Of a DNA stretch of 64,000 nt, positions 39,281 to 52,077 are shown one piece after another. Each line of letters opens with the position of its first letter. The stretch's first letter is position 1. Source of the DNA: Eledone cirrhosa. Lineage: Eukaryota. The stretch is from assembly GCA_964016885.1 (NCBI GenBank), contig OZ024757.1:9610001-9674000 (forward strand), in the 5' to 3' direction. The translations under genes and the position numbers were made by a program. Below the pieces are notes generated by a model. It ran no database searches. It was not told the DNA's origin and worked only from the letters and a program-made list of their open reading frames with translations.

Positions 39281-39910
39281 GTGGTAACACTGTCCCTGAA
39301 TTTTATAAGTTGTACAGAATCTAAAGTCAGTCACATTCCTGTCAGCCTCAAAAGATGTCATTTGAAAGGCAGAATTATATTTTATGATGTATTTATTGAA
39401 GTGTCGTGCTTCTGGTGTATGCTGAAGGAGCAGATTCTTCAGAAATTCAGGAGGTTCTTGTATTGTTTTAAGTCCCACTTTGTCTTTTGAGCAGCATAGA
39501 CTTGGCGTTTCTGCTGCCCACTTCTTGGCACCACAATACTGGCAGCATTTGTTCATTTTCCCAATGTTCTTTTGTCGATTACTGCTGTAGTCCTTTTGGG
39601 GGTCATCAGAAAAAGCCCCCATCAGCCAGTTTATTCTACTTGTGGCTTGTTCTCCTGCTCAGGCAGTAGAACGATGTGCTTGATTAGCATTTCGTCTGAT
39701 TTGCAACTTCCTTAATTTGTTGTTCTCGAGTAGCAGCAGTCCTTTGTTCCCTTTCATCTAAACTGTGTGCTCTTGCTAAAGCTGTTTGGGCTCTGTTAGC
39801 AGCTAGACGGGCATGCCGAACTTCTTCACTTTCTTCAGATCGCTCTATTTTCTTTCTCTTAGCCTCTGAAGATGACCTTCCATATAATGATCTGGAAGGT
39901 TACCGGTATG
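39281..39910 (-). mobile_element. Helitron Rep/helicase N-terminal fragment
   Basis: IGKMNKCCQYCGAKKW..ETPSLCCSKDKV.L...EPP..L..LL...ARHF...I.KYNSAFQMTSF...YKIQGQCYH. Confidence 0.85.
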
Positions 39911-39957
39911 ACAAAAGGCTCAATGCAAGTTTTCAAGTGTTTTACAGAGCCGAGATA

Positions 39958-40329
39958 CAAAGTGTTAAAATGATCAAATTTTAGATTAGAACATTTATTT
40001 GCTGACAATTGTTTCTTCCAGAGGGAAGTCTGGAATCAGCGGAGCATAAGGAATGTTGAAACATTGCTTATAACTTTTATGCCTGTGTTTTTTTTGCTTG
40101 TACTTTTTACTTATACCTATTACACTGCCAACCAGTGCTGCCTGTAATTGTGTTCTTTCAAGCAGAACATCTTTTTAACTCCTGATTCTCCACATGATGC
40201 CTTTGACACTAATAACAATTATGTATCTTAAATGTTCTGAATGATAGGATTTTAGTAACATGTTTCTGGAAGAAACAATTGTCAGCAAATAAATGTTCTA
40301 AACTAAAATTTGATCCTTTTAACACTTTG
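39958..40329. mobile_element. Tc1/mariner-type MITE
   Basis: ~65-bp TIRs (caaagtgttaaaa..ttgtttcttccaga, 2 mismatches) flanked by TA on both sides. Confidence 0.85.
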
Positions 40330-40364
40330 TATATATATATATATATATGTATATAAATATCTAT

Positions 40365-41832
40365 ATATACTCTTTTACCTGTTCCAGCCATCCGGCTGAG
40401 GCCATGCTGGGGCACCGCCCTTGTTGCTACACATTTAATCTCCAACCTGTATTGGTTGGCCACTGGTGCAACAGGGAGTTCATTGCTGCTGCCCTTAGGT
40501 TTCCCTCGTGCCTTGCTGTGGGCTCATCTAGGATCTTGTATAGCAAGGTGTGGACATGTTTCTTGAAGATATCCACACCATGCAGATCTCTCAGATCCCT
40601 TGGCAGCTTGTTGAAGAGTTGAGGGTCCTTGAACCCCAGACTTTTGCAATATCTGCTCCTTATTCTAGATATGGAAGACGGGATCTTTGGCACCACACAA
40701 TGACGTCCTGTTCGGCAGTTGGTCCAGCTCCCAATGCCAAAGTTTGGTGCTAGTCCCTCCAGGATTTTCCACATGTAGATCACTGCGTATCTCTCCCGTC
40801 TTCATTCCAAGGAGTAGAGGTTCAGTTCTTTTAGCCTCGCCAAGTAGCTTATCTCCTTCATAGTCACAATCCTCTTGGTGTAGCTTCGCTGGATTGCCTC
40901 AAGCTCCGTGGTTAGTTTGACACTATGGGGTGACCACAACTGGGAGCAATAGTCCAGGCGGCTTAGGACAAATGTCCTCCATAGTGTCAACATGGTGTCT
41001 CGGTCTCTTGTCCGGAAAGTCTTCAAGATCCAGCCAGCGAGTCGTCTGCACATTGTCGCCACTTTCATCATGTGAGAGGAAAAAGATGCATCATCGCTCA
41101 TGTCCATACCCAAGTCTCATATCGATTTTTACCCAGGGATATCGGTCCCTCCTGGTCCGGTGTAACTGTGTTGTACTGTATTTGTGTTTGCAGGAATTGC
41201 GTAGCGCTTGGAATTTGCCAGCATTAAACTGCATGTTGTTGTCTTCCGCCCATTTGCATATGGCATACAGCCCTTGTTGTAAAAGGGCAGCATCAGCCGG
41301 GTTTTTGATTGCCTGTGCTACCTTAGTGTCATCAGCATAGCTAGTGAGGGATGTTGTTGTATGTACTACAGAGGGTATGTCTGAGAGAGCCACCAAAAAC
41401 AGGAGTGGTCCGAGGACTGTGCCTTGGGGAACCCCACTTGTTATTGATATTTCCTTTGAGAGGGCCCCCGTTTGCTGCAACTGTCTGGCTTCTCTCCTTT
41501 AAGAAGTCGTGCAGCCACTCACCTACTTTTCTAGTTATGGTGAGTCCATGTAGTTTGTGACATATCATTCCGTGGTTGACTTTGTCAAAGGCCTTCGCAA
41601 AGTCAAGATATATCATGTCCACATGTGAGCTGTCAAGCATTTGTTTCAGTACCCAGTCTTAATGATGTAGCAGCTGTGTAAGGCAGCTTCTTCCTGGGTG
41701 AAAGCCATGCTGTGTGTTAGTCGGGCAGTCATTTTCCTCGAGGAAAGTGATCAGTTTCTTTCTGACGATTCGCTCCTTGACCTTACTGATATGTGACGTC
41801 AGGGAGACTGGCCTATGTTGTTTGGCTTCCGC
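40365..41832 (-). mobile_element. CR1/L2-group LINE, 5'-truncated
   Basis: DMIYLDFAKAFDKVNH, SGVPQGTVLGPLLF, YADDTK, SRLDYCSQLWSP. Confidence 0.9.
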
Positions 41833-41837
41833 TCTGC

Positions 41838-42156
41838 TACCTCCTATATGGATAGGGCACTTGTGAATGCAAGCTCACCTTTATCATTCTGGAAACACTT
41901 CTCTCCAATGACATCACAATTCTCTCTAACACACTGCCTCGTAATCTGGAACACCTCCTGTTTCTGTTCCTCGTGTTGCAAAACATGCTTGAATTTCCTA
42001 TCCTCTGCCTCCCTTCTAGCTAAGTATACTTGTCGCCTAGCTTCCCTCCTCGTCTCTATGTAATGTGCCCTGTTCTTCCTTTCTTTCCATGCCTGTCTTT
42101 TAACCTTAACTGCCTCATCTACCATATTGTTCCACCACCAAGTCACTCTCCTCCTC
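41838..42156 (-). mobile_element. RTE LINE fragment
   Basis: TWWWNN..REARRQVYLARREAE. Confidence 0.85.
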
Positions 42157-43094
42157 CCTGTATATATCTTTTTATCATTATCCTTTTCTCAAATATAGAC
42201 AAATTACGACACACACACAAATATTATGAATAGATATGTTACCTGGAAGCTGGAGAGTGAGAATAATATAGATGATAAAAGTCTATCTTCAGCAACAAGT
42301 GCTATATTGTCACCCATGTTGAAAGATATTATTTTACAATATTAGAACTTGAAACTAAGACTAACTGAGTCACAGAATAGATAGGGATGTACACAAAAGA
42401 CCTAGATGCGAAAAGAAGTGGAAATTGTGCAGATTGAACATTGAAGATGTGACCGATGTGAAGAAGCTGTGGAAAGATGTGGCGAAAAGAGTGAAGAATG
42501 CAATCCCTAGAAAGGTCATCCCCGAGAGTAAACATTGGGCGTTACAGCAACGTTTTAAGACATAGAAAGAGTAGTTGTGGATTGTTCCGGTGAAAAGCAA
42601 TGAATCGGAAGCATAACAGACGACGCTCAGCAGTTGGAGTTCGCTGCCAAGCAGATACCAATATAATATTATATATTAGGGAATCAGATAGTTTGTCTTT
42701 ATTTCCTGTTGTTTTATTGCAAAAGCGTATCCTTGAAAGTGAGAGACAATATAGCGTTTGTTGGTGAAGATAATATAATTTGTTTATCTGTATTACTCTC
42801 TATGCAGAAATAAGGAAACATTTGCACATGGTCAACCCTGACTATACGTTCATAGTTGTGAAGCTTTGCTTTAGAGAAATAGAAAGAAGACGACTATATT
42901 TGTAATTCGAAGTATAATCGATTTAAGTATGATAAAAAATATTTGAAACATTGGAGATGGTGTGCATCTAAATACTAAGCATATACAGATGCACACATAA
43001 GTGAAAATGAACACAAGCACACACAAATAGATGGATAGCTGCACACACATGCATACATATCTACCTAGTTGATGTTTAAATTTCAACAAGTCTT

Positions 43095-45245
43095 GTCATC
43101 ATCTTCATCACTTTACGTCCGCTTTTCCTTGCTTGCAAGGGTGGGACGAACCTATTGAGCACAGTATCTCTCCACTTGTCACGGTCCTTCGTCATCTCCT
43201 CATTGAGCTTTAGAGATTTGAGGTCTGCTCACACCAGCTCCGCCCGTATTTTTCGTGGTCTTCCTCTACTGTGTTGTCCTTCTACTGGGATTTCTTGGCA
43301 CTTCTTTACCTAGGTGTCATCCTCCATGCGCATCACATGTCTATAGCAACACAGTATTCTCTCCCACACGCTACAACTTATCCCAGTTAAACAGTTTCTC
43401 CCTGAAGTCCTCCATGCCTCATCATCATCATCATCACCGTTTTACGTCCGTTCTTCCACGCTAGCATGGGTTAGACGGGTTGTCCTGTTGTGTGCAGTGT
43501 CTGGTCGGCTGACCATGCCTTGCTCATACAGGAACTGGTCTGGCTTGATTTCTACAGCTGGATGCCCTTCCTAACACCAACCTCATTTACAGTGAGTGCT
43601 GGGTGCTTTTTCGTGGCGCCTACACGTCCACTTTACAGTGTGGGCTGGGTGCTTTTTTGCCGTGGCACCTCCACGACCACCTTGCGGTGGGGGGGGGGGT
43701 ATATTGTTTATATGCTTCAGCATGTACCCATGGGAGGTCGGGTACCCTGTATTACTGTGTGACGCCAGAAGTCACGGTCGTGTGTCATTGTCTTTGAGAG
43801 GTGTAGTTGGGTAAGGTCGGCTTTTATCACCTCATCCCAAGTCATCTTGGGTCTCCCCACTCCGCGGTTTCCATCAACTTCTAGTGCTCTGCACCTTTTT
43901 ATGCAGCTGTCATCCTTCATACGCATCACATGTCCATACCAGCGTAACCGCCTCTCCTGCACGCAGCTTAGTCGTTCATTTCTCTCCAGCCATCACATAT
44001 CCTCTGCAGTTGCTGCCCAAGTCTCACTACCATGCAGCATCGCGCATCTCACACAGTCATCATATAACCGTCCTTTCGTACGCAGGGAGAAATCCTTCTT
44101 TGTCAACAGAGGAGGCAGCTCCCTAAATTTCTTCCGGCCCGTCCTTATTCTAGATATTATGGTCTCGGAACATCCCCTCCCATTCTAATCAGATCACCTA
44201 GGTAGCGGAAGCTATCACCCACTTCTATAGAACCCACCTTCATGTGATAAATGTGTCTATCACTGCGTCTTCTACTGTCAAGTTCTGTACAACAACTGCA
44301 TACGTATTTCTCCCTACTTGTTAGTTTGCCTGCTATCCCACTACATCTCTTGTGTACCCAGGATCTGCATTGTGTACATTTTATAGAATTTATCCCAACT
44401 CCTTTGCTACATATTGAACATGACCATTTCCCTGATGGAATCAGAGTTTTGTCCTCTTCTCTACTTATCAATACTTTTGTCTTAGCTAGGTTCACTCTCA
44501 GTCCTCTTGATTCCAACTGATTTTTCCATAGACAGAATTTCTTCTCTAGTTCCTCTACTGAATCTGCTATAAGTACCAGATTGTCAGCCTAGAGAAGTTC
44601 CCATGGGCAGCCAGTCTTAAACTCGTGTTATGGCTTGGAGAATTATAATGAACCAGAGCGGGCTGAGGACAGAGCCCTGATGCACTCCTACTTGTATCTG
44701 GAATTCCTCAATAAACTCCATTACTTCTCTCACTTTACTGACAGAACCTCTGTACTTAGCTTGCACTGTCCTCACAAGCCATTCCTCTACACCTATTTTC
44801 CTTAGAGACCACCAGATGACAGATCGTGGTACACTATCAAAGACCTCCTCTAAGTCATCAAAAGCTAAGTATAGTGGCTCATTCTTCTCTAAGAACCTCT
44901 CTTGTAGTTGTATCACTAAGAAGAGGGCATCTGTTGTACTTTTCCCAGGCATAAAACCAAACTGCATCTCATTTAGTTTGGCCCTTTCTAATTAGTTGCA
45001 ATAGTATTCTTTCTGTCACTTTCATAACCTGATCCATCAGTTTGATGCCCCTATAATTGCTCATTTCCAGAGCATCCCTTTTTACCTTTGTCGCAATTTA
45101 TAAGAATACTGCTGCACCAGTCTTTGGGTATGACTCAGCCATATATATAACTTGATTGACGATGCGTGCAACCAGTTTAGTAGCTACTTTTGATGCCCTA
45201 ACCCTATATTCGTCTTTGTGAATAGCTGGTCCCTCTATCGGATAA
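43095..45245 (-). mobile_element. RTE LINE with a second RTE 3' end (~43418-43963) nested in it
   Basis: QFGFMPGKSTTDALF, GVHQGSVLSP; two separate (ATG)n tails at ~43097 and ~43420. Confidence 0.88.
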
Positions 45246-46421
45246 TAATTTGTGAAAAAATGAAAGCGGAAAACACACACATACATATATACACTCACAC
45301 ACTCTCTCACTCACATGAACAGACATTGAGCACTAAATATCTATTTGTTTTTAAAATATAATTTCAATAATAATTAATTGCTAAGATGGATTACATTGCC
45401 ACCGGTTATATTTTATATATTTCCTAAAACTCGTTTGTTTAAAAAGCTTAATTTTTTTTTCTTTTTACTCTGACATTATGACTTGTAGCTCTGATATGTT
45501 GAGCTAGATTGCCAGCGTTGAAATAGTTGCGCTTTAGTTTTGATGTAGCTGTGAGTCGTAGGGGTATAGTATATTGTCATGTATGTATATACTTATGTGT
45601 ACATATATATATGTATGTATGTATATATATATATATATATGTTATTGTGTATAGTGTTTGTGTGTTTACATAAGACTACAAATCTGTTTATGCAGCATTC
45701 CAATTAGCAAAGGGAAATTACTCTACAATATTTTAATAAAATTATTGGAGTTGTTTCCCTTTTATCTGGAAATGTTGTCGTTTGATAAAACTGTCATTGA
45801 ATGTATGCCTTGATAAGGCTGGTTCGGTCTCAGTCAGTGCTAAGTGAATGCTGTTAAAAGAAAGATATTTCATGTGACATAATTACTGCAACAGGTTAGG
45901 TATTTTCAAGGTTTGGGGTTGTATTTTATTGTTTAAATATGATTGTCACTTAGATAAGACAGGATTCATCAATTTGTAGAAGAATTGATAGGGTTAAGTT
46001 TTAATTTTTGGGTGGGTGTGTATATATGAAACTGAATAGCTATTTATATACATGATCTGTTGATTCTCTATCCTTCTTTCTCATAAATATAGACATAGAA
46101 ATTACGATATACAAGTACACACATACATGCATACACTCACACACACATATATTTCACATTGTTCTGATCAAAATATTTAATTTCTTCACAGAATAATAAA
46201 TCATGTTTTAGTTTTTGCTGGTGTTGTTTGGATTGGCGGTGTTGTTGGGAGTGGTGGCGGTGTTTGTGTTGTTGTTGTTACACATACACACACATACCCA
46301 CACTGACTGTCAAAACTTCTTTCATCTCAATGAAATTTCCGCCCAAACAACTACTACCACCTCCATCCCCACCACCAGGTTCACAATTATACACACACAC
46401 ACAGATACATACATACACACA

Positions 46422-46866
46422 TATGTGTGAGATCCGTGATGCTGCATGGTAGTGAGACATGGGCAGCAACTGTAGAAGATATGCGACGGCTAGAGAGAAA
46501 TGAAGCAAGCCTGCTCCATTGGATGTGCAATGCCAAAGTGCGTGAACGACCAAGCATAGACGAGTTGAGAAAGAAACTGGGTATAAGAGGGATAAGTTGT
46601 GGTGTGCAGGAGAGAAGGCTGAGATGGTATGGACATGTGATGCGAATGTAGGATGACCGCCGGGTAAAGAAGTGCCAAGAAATCCCAGTAGAAGGAAGAC
46701 GCAGTAGAGGTAGACCACGAAAAACATGGGCGGAGGTGGTGAGAGCAGACCTCAAATCTCACCGAGGAGATGACGAAGGACCGTGACAAGTGGAGAGATG
46801 CTGTGCTGAATAGGACCCATCCAACCCTTGCAAGCAGGGAAAAGCAGACGTAAAATGATGATGATA
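46422..46866 (+). mobile_element. RTE LINE 3' fragment
   Basis: MLHGSETW..LERNE..RLRWYGHV and an (ATG)n tail. Confidence 0.9.
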
Positions 46867-47009
46867 TTAGTGGGTGTGTGTGTATGTTGACTGCAAATTA
46901 GATAACGCCTACATAATTAGTTAACGCCTATGTCTTTCATTGTCATGTGTAATTCCTTATTGAGATCCTTATAAATACCAGTGTGCGTTTTATACTTTCC
47001 ATATTCCAG

Positions 47010-47112
47010 GCTCCTGGTGGAAATATGTCTCTGTCACCTGCATACCAGTTAGATCTCAGCACACCAGCTCCTGCCACTTCATAATCACCCACGGGAAGTC
47101 AAATGGCTGCAG
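47010..47112 (+). other. Possible isolated exon of an unknown gene
   Basis: tactttccatattccag|103 nt of non-repetitive DNA|gtcagt; one frame open; no recognised product. Confidence 0.2.
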
Positions 47113-47316
47113 GTCAGTCAGATTTATATTTAATTTTTTTCTTAAAAAATAAAAAGTTTAATTTCATTTATTTCTTAAAAAAAAAATTAAATATAATTAA
47201 TTTCTTCAAAAAAAAGCTTTGTTAAATTTATTTTTACGTTTTGTATTGGGGAAAAATTTTCCATTTAATTAATTTCATCATTTTGTTGTATATACACACA
47301 TGCATATATACAATTG

Positions 47317-47351
<35 letters not shown>

Positions 47352-47359
47352 GTCATATA

Positions 47360-47490
47360 AGGTGGGAGTTATTAGAATACCTTGCAGTATTCCTTTTTGT
47401 TCTATGCTCTCTGAGTTGAAATCCCGCCGAGGTCAACTTTGTCTTTCATCCCTTGGAGGTTGATAAAAAAAGTACCAGTGAAATACTGAT
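47360..47490 (+). mobile_element. Decayed SINE (family 1)
   Basis: ctgagttgaaatcccgccgaggtcaactttgtctttcatcc..gataaaa..gtaccag. Confidence 0.7.
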
Positions 47491-47954
47491 GTGAATTCTT
47501 CCTCTCTTTATTTTTCTCACTTTATCTTTTTATGAATAAAAGTACCAGTCAAATACTGGGTTCCTCTCTTCTGTTTTTTTGCTGCTTTTTCCCTGTCTAT
47601 CTTTCTGGAAGAATTTGCTATTTTTAGAACTGGAGGGGGTGGGATTTGTTAGGGATTAAGGTTAGAAAATGAAAGATATATATGTATATATATGTATAAT
47701 ATGTGTGTTGATGAAATTATGTTGGTGTTGGTGGTGGTAAAAATTGTTTTGCAAGATTTATCTGGAAAAATCTGTTGAATTATATTGTTTTGTTTTCACT
47801 TTGATTTATTATATAATTATGGTTGGTTGGTTGTCTCTCTCGTGGTTACTGGTATTGTCTCTCTGTTCTCTTATTTGACAAACGACTTTATAAAAGCTGA
47901 CTCAATATTGTTCAATGTTTTACTGCTACTTTAAGAGACGGGTGGGCAAAGGGG

Positions 47955-50900
47955 GACAATAATATCTGCTTACACACCCCAATGTGGACTGCCTGGCGTT
48001 ATTAAAGACAGATTCTATGAGTCGCTAATGCTCACTACCTCCCAACTAACCGACAGTGACAACATAATTGTTGGCGACCTAAATGGTCATGTTGGACAAC
48101 ATTATGATAGCTATGATGGAATCCATAGTGGCTACAGGTTTGGTACCAGAAATGAGGAAGGCTTTAGAATCCTGGAATTCTGTAACTCTAATAACCTAAC
48201 TATCTGTAACACAAACTTTCATAAAAGAAACATATCTGTAACACAAACTTTAAAAAACCAGACAATCACTTGATCACCTATAGATCAAGGGAACATGCCA
48301 GTCAGATAGATTATATCCTTACCAGAAGATGTGAAAAAGTGTCTGTTGTAAACACTATTTCCCTCCCCCGTGAAGAATGCACCTCCCAACATAGCTCATA
48401 GTTAGTGACCTCATAGTCAGGACGAGACGTATTCGACAACAGAGGAGTACTACCCTGAGAAGAAGAATATGAAAGTTAAAGGACCCCACAGCCAGTAACA
48501 AATTTAAAAGCATATTACTTCATGCTTTTGACAGTAAAGAAGAGCAATTAGAGACATACAGTATAGAGGAACAGTTGGAATTCCTGAAAGTTAACTTGCT
48601 GAAGGCGACAGATGAAATCTGTAGCTGGAGCAGACCTATAGGCAGGAGGAGAGTAACATGGTGGTGGAACAGTAAGGTGGAGGAGTCAATCAAGGCCAAA
48701 AAGAGAGCTTCGAAAGTATGGCAGGATGGGGGAAGTAGAGAAGACTATCAAGTGGCCAGGAGGGAAGCTAGGAGACAAGTGTACTTTGCAAGAAGGGAAG
48801 CAGAGGAAATAAAGTTCAAGCATGTTCTACAACGCGAGGACCAAAAACGTGAGGTGTTCAGGATTGCTAGGCAATGCGTCAAGGAAAACCGTGATATTGT
48901 CGGGGAGAAGTGTGCCCGTAATGATGATGGTATACTTGTCATCACTGATACAGATAAAAAGGTAGCTTGGAAGTGTCACTACGAGAGGCTACTAAATGAG
49001 GAGAATAAGTGGGAACAAGATAGTCTGCCCCAAATCAATCCAATAGAGGAACCAGCAGTGCAAGTTGAAGGTTGTATAATAAGTAAGGCAATCAAAGATA
49101 TGGAGACAGGCAAAGCAGCTGGGCCTTCAGAGATAGTTGCTGAAATGTTGAAAGCATCTGGATCGGTGGGACACACTATGGTCACCCAGATAGTAAACCA
49201 TGTCATACAGAATGGGGTTATACCAAATGACTGGCATAACAGCATCATCATCATTAACTGCTACAAGGGTAAAGGAGATGCCCTATATAGGGGAAACTAT
49301 AGAGGCATTAAATTAATTGACCAGGTCATGAAGGTCACAGAAAGAGTTATAGCGCAATTAATAAGAGAGCGAATTGATCTAGACGAAATGCCGTTTGGGT
49401 TTGTGTCAAGTAAAAGTACCACAGACGCTCTTTTCCTTGTACGACAACTACAGGAGAAGTACCTAGCTAAAAGTAAACCCCGATACTTAGCTTTTGTTGA
49501 CTTGGAGAAAGCCTTTGACAGAGTTTCCCGCTCCATTATCTGGTGGACTCTTAGAAAACTAGGTGTTGATGAATTGCTTGTCAGAGCTATACAAGCCATG
49601 TATGAAGAAAAAGTCAGCAAGGTTAGAATTAACAACGAATCATCATCATTTTACGTCCGCTTTTCCCTGTTTGCAAGGGTGGGACGTGAACTGATTCTGG
49701 CTTGATTTCTACAGCTGGATGCCCTTCCTAACACCAACCTCATTTACAGTGGGTGCTGGGTGCTTTTTTTCCGTGGCGCCTACACGTCCACTTTACACTG
49801 TGGGCTGGGTGCTTTTTTGCCGTGGCACCTCCACGACCACTTTGCAGTGGAATGATAGGGACCCCTGTCCTATCATCTCATTTCTACAGCTGAGTAAACT
49901 GGAGCAATGTGAAATAAAGTGTCTTGCTCAAGGACACAACACATCACCCGGTCTGAGAATTGAACTCACAACCTTTCGATTGCAAGGCCAATGCTCTAAC
50001 CACTAAGCCATGTGCCTCCATGAATATAGTAAAGAATTTAGTGTAAAAGTTCTTCATCAGGGCTCTGTCTTAGCCCCCTCCTATTTATTATTGCCCTTCA
50101 GGCTATAACAGAGGAGTTCCAGACCGGCTGCCCATGGCAACTCTTATAGCTAAAATTAACCTGTCTAAGACTAAAGTTCTAGTATGGAGGAATGAAAATA
50201 GGGCACTGGTCCCATCTGGGAAATGGCCGTGTTCAGTGTGTAGGAAAGGAGTAGGCAGAAACTCCATTTTATATCCCAAGTATGGGTGCATAAAAGATGT
50301 AGTGGGGTCACAGGTAAGGTTACTAAGAATATAGATTATATATGTGGCCAGTGCTCAGGTGCAATAAGTAGCAGCAAGTGCCCACAGAATACTAGCTCAT
50401 TCCATTGCACAGATGGTTCTATAGAAATAGTGGACACCTTCCGTTACCTGGGTGACAAATTCAGCGGTGGTGGAGGGTGCTCTGAAAGCACAGTAGCTAG
50501 AGTCAGAACAGGATGGAAAAAGTTCAGAGAGCTTATACCACTATTGGCCGCTAAAGGTTTCTCTCTAAAAATGAAAGGCAGGCTGTTTGATGCCTGCATA
50601 CGAACATCAATGTTGCAAGGCAGTGAGACTTGGGCATTGTGTGCAGAGGATCTGCGCAGACTGGAGAGGAACGAAGCTTGCATGCTCCATTGGATGCGTA
50701 ATAGTAATATACGTGAACGGCAAAGCATAAATGAACTAAGTGAGAAATTAGGAATAAGAGGGATCAGATGCTGTTTACTCGAGAGAAGACTACGTTGGTA
50801 TGGTAATGTGATGCACATGAAAGACGACAGCTGTATAAAAAAGTGCAGGGCGATCAAAATAGACGGTAGCCACGGAGTAGGCAGACCCCGAAAAACCTGG

Positions 50901-51407
50901 GACGACTTGATAAATTCTGACCTCACACACTTACACCTCTCCAAGACAATGTCACTGGACCGAGATCTTTGGCGCTACGCAGTAATACAGAAGACCCGCC
51001 TTGCCTAAGTGCAAAGCGAAACCTACAGTCAGTAGGCACCTCTTACCAAAATACACCACCGTCCCACTACCCTATCCCCTCACCCCCATCAACAACACCA
51101 CTTTATCTGTAAAGTTATGTTGGTACCACAACATCCAGTCCTAAATAAATGAGGTCGTGTAGGTGTCAAGACAAAAAAACACACAGTCCACGCTGTAATG
51201 TGGCCGTGTAGGCAACACGGTAAAAACCTCCCAGTCCACACTGTAAACGTGGTTGGTGTTAGGAAGGGCATCCAGCCGTAGAAAACCCGCCAGACAGTCC
51301 TATACGAGCAAGACAACCAATCTTGCTTTAAGTGGGAAAATTCCCGTCCAAACCCATGCTAGCGTGGAAGATGGACGTTAAACGACGATGATGATGATGA
51401 TGATGAT
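47955..51407 (+). mobile_element. Near full-length RTE LINE (APE + RT), disrupted
   Basis: APE motifs (IIVGDLNGHVG, QIDYIL), 376-aa linker/RT ORF, GSETW and RLRWYG segments, 3' UTR and (ATG)n tail. Confidence 0.95.
49641..50019 (-). mobile_element. Full-length SINE (family 2) inserted in the RT of the LINE
   Basis: tRNA-like head, core and RTE tail; LINE frame RINNE|YSKEF is split, with gaat on both sides. Confidence 0.92.
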
Positions 51408-51561
51408 GTGTATATATGTATATATCTATGTATATATGTGTGTATATATATATGTGTGTGTATATATATATGTGTGTATATATATATATGTGTGTATATA
51501 TATATATGTATATATGTGTATATTTATGTATATATGTGTATATATGTGTATATATATGTAT

Positions 51562-51597
<36 letters not shown>

Positions 51598-52077
51598 GTG
51601 TATATGTATATATGTGTGTATATATATGTATGTATATATGTGTGTATATGTATATATGTGTGTATATATATATATGTGTGTATATATATATATATGTATA
51701 TATGTATATATGTGTATGTGTGTATATATATGTATATGTGTGTGTATATATATGTATATGTGTGTGTATATATATGTATATGTGTGTATATATATATGTA
51801 TATATGTGTATATATATATGTATATATGTGTATATATATGTATATATGTGTATATATGTGTATATATGTATATATGTGTATATATGTATATATGTGTATG
51901 TGTATATGTGTATATATGTATATATGCGTGTGTATATATATATATGTATATATGTGTGTATATATACATATATATGTATAGTGTATATATATATGTGTGT
52001 ATATATGTATATATGTGTGTATATATGTATATATGTATGTATATATGTATATATGTATGTATATATGTATGTATATG
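51407..52077. repeat. Compound (TA)/(TG) microsatellite
   Basis: About 670 bp of mixed TA/TG dinucleotides. Confidence 0.95.
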
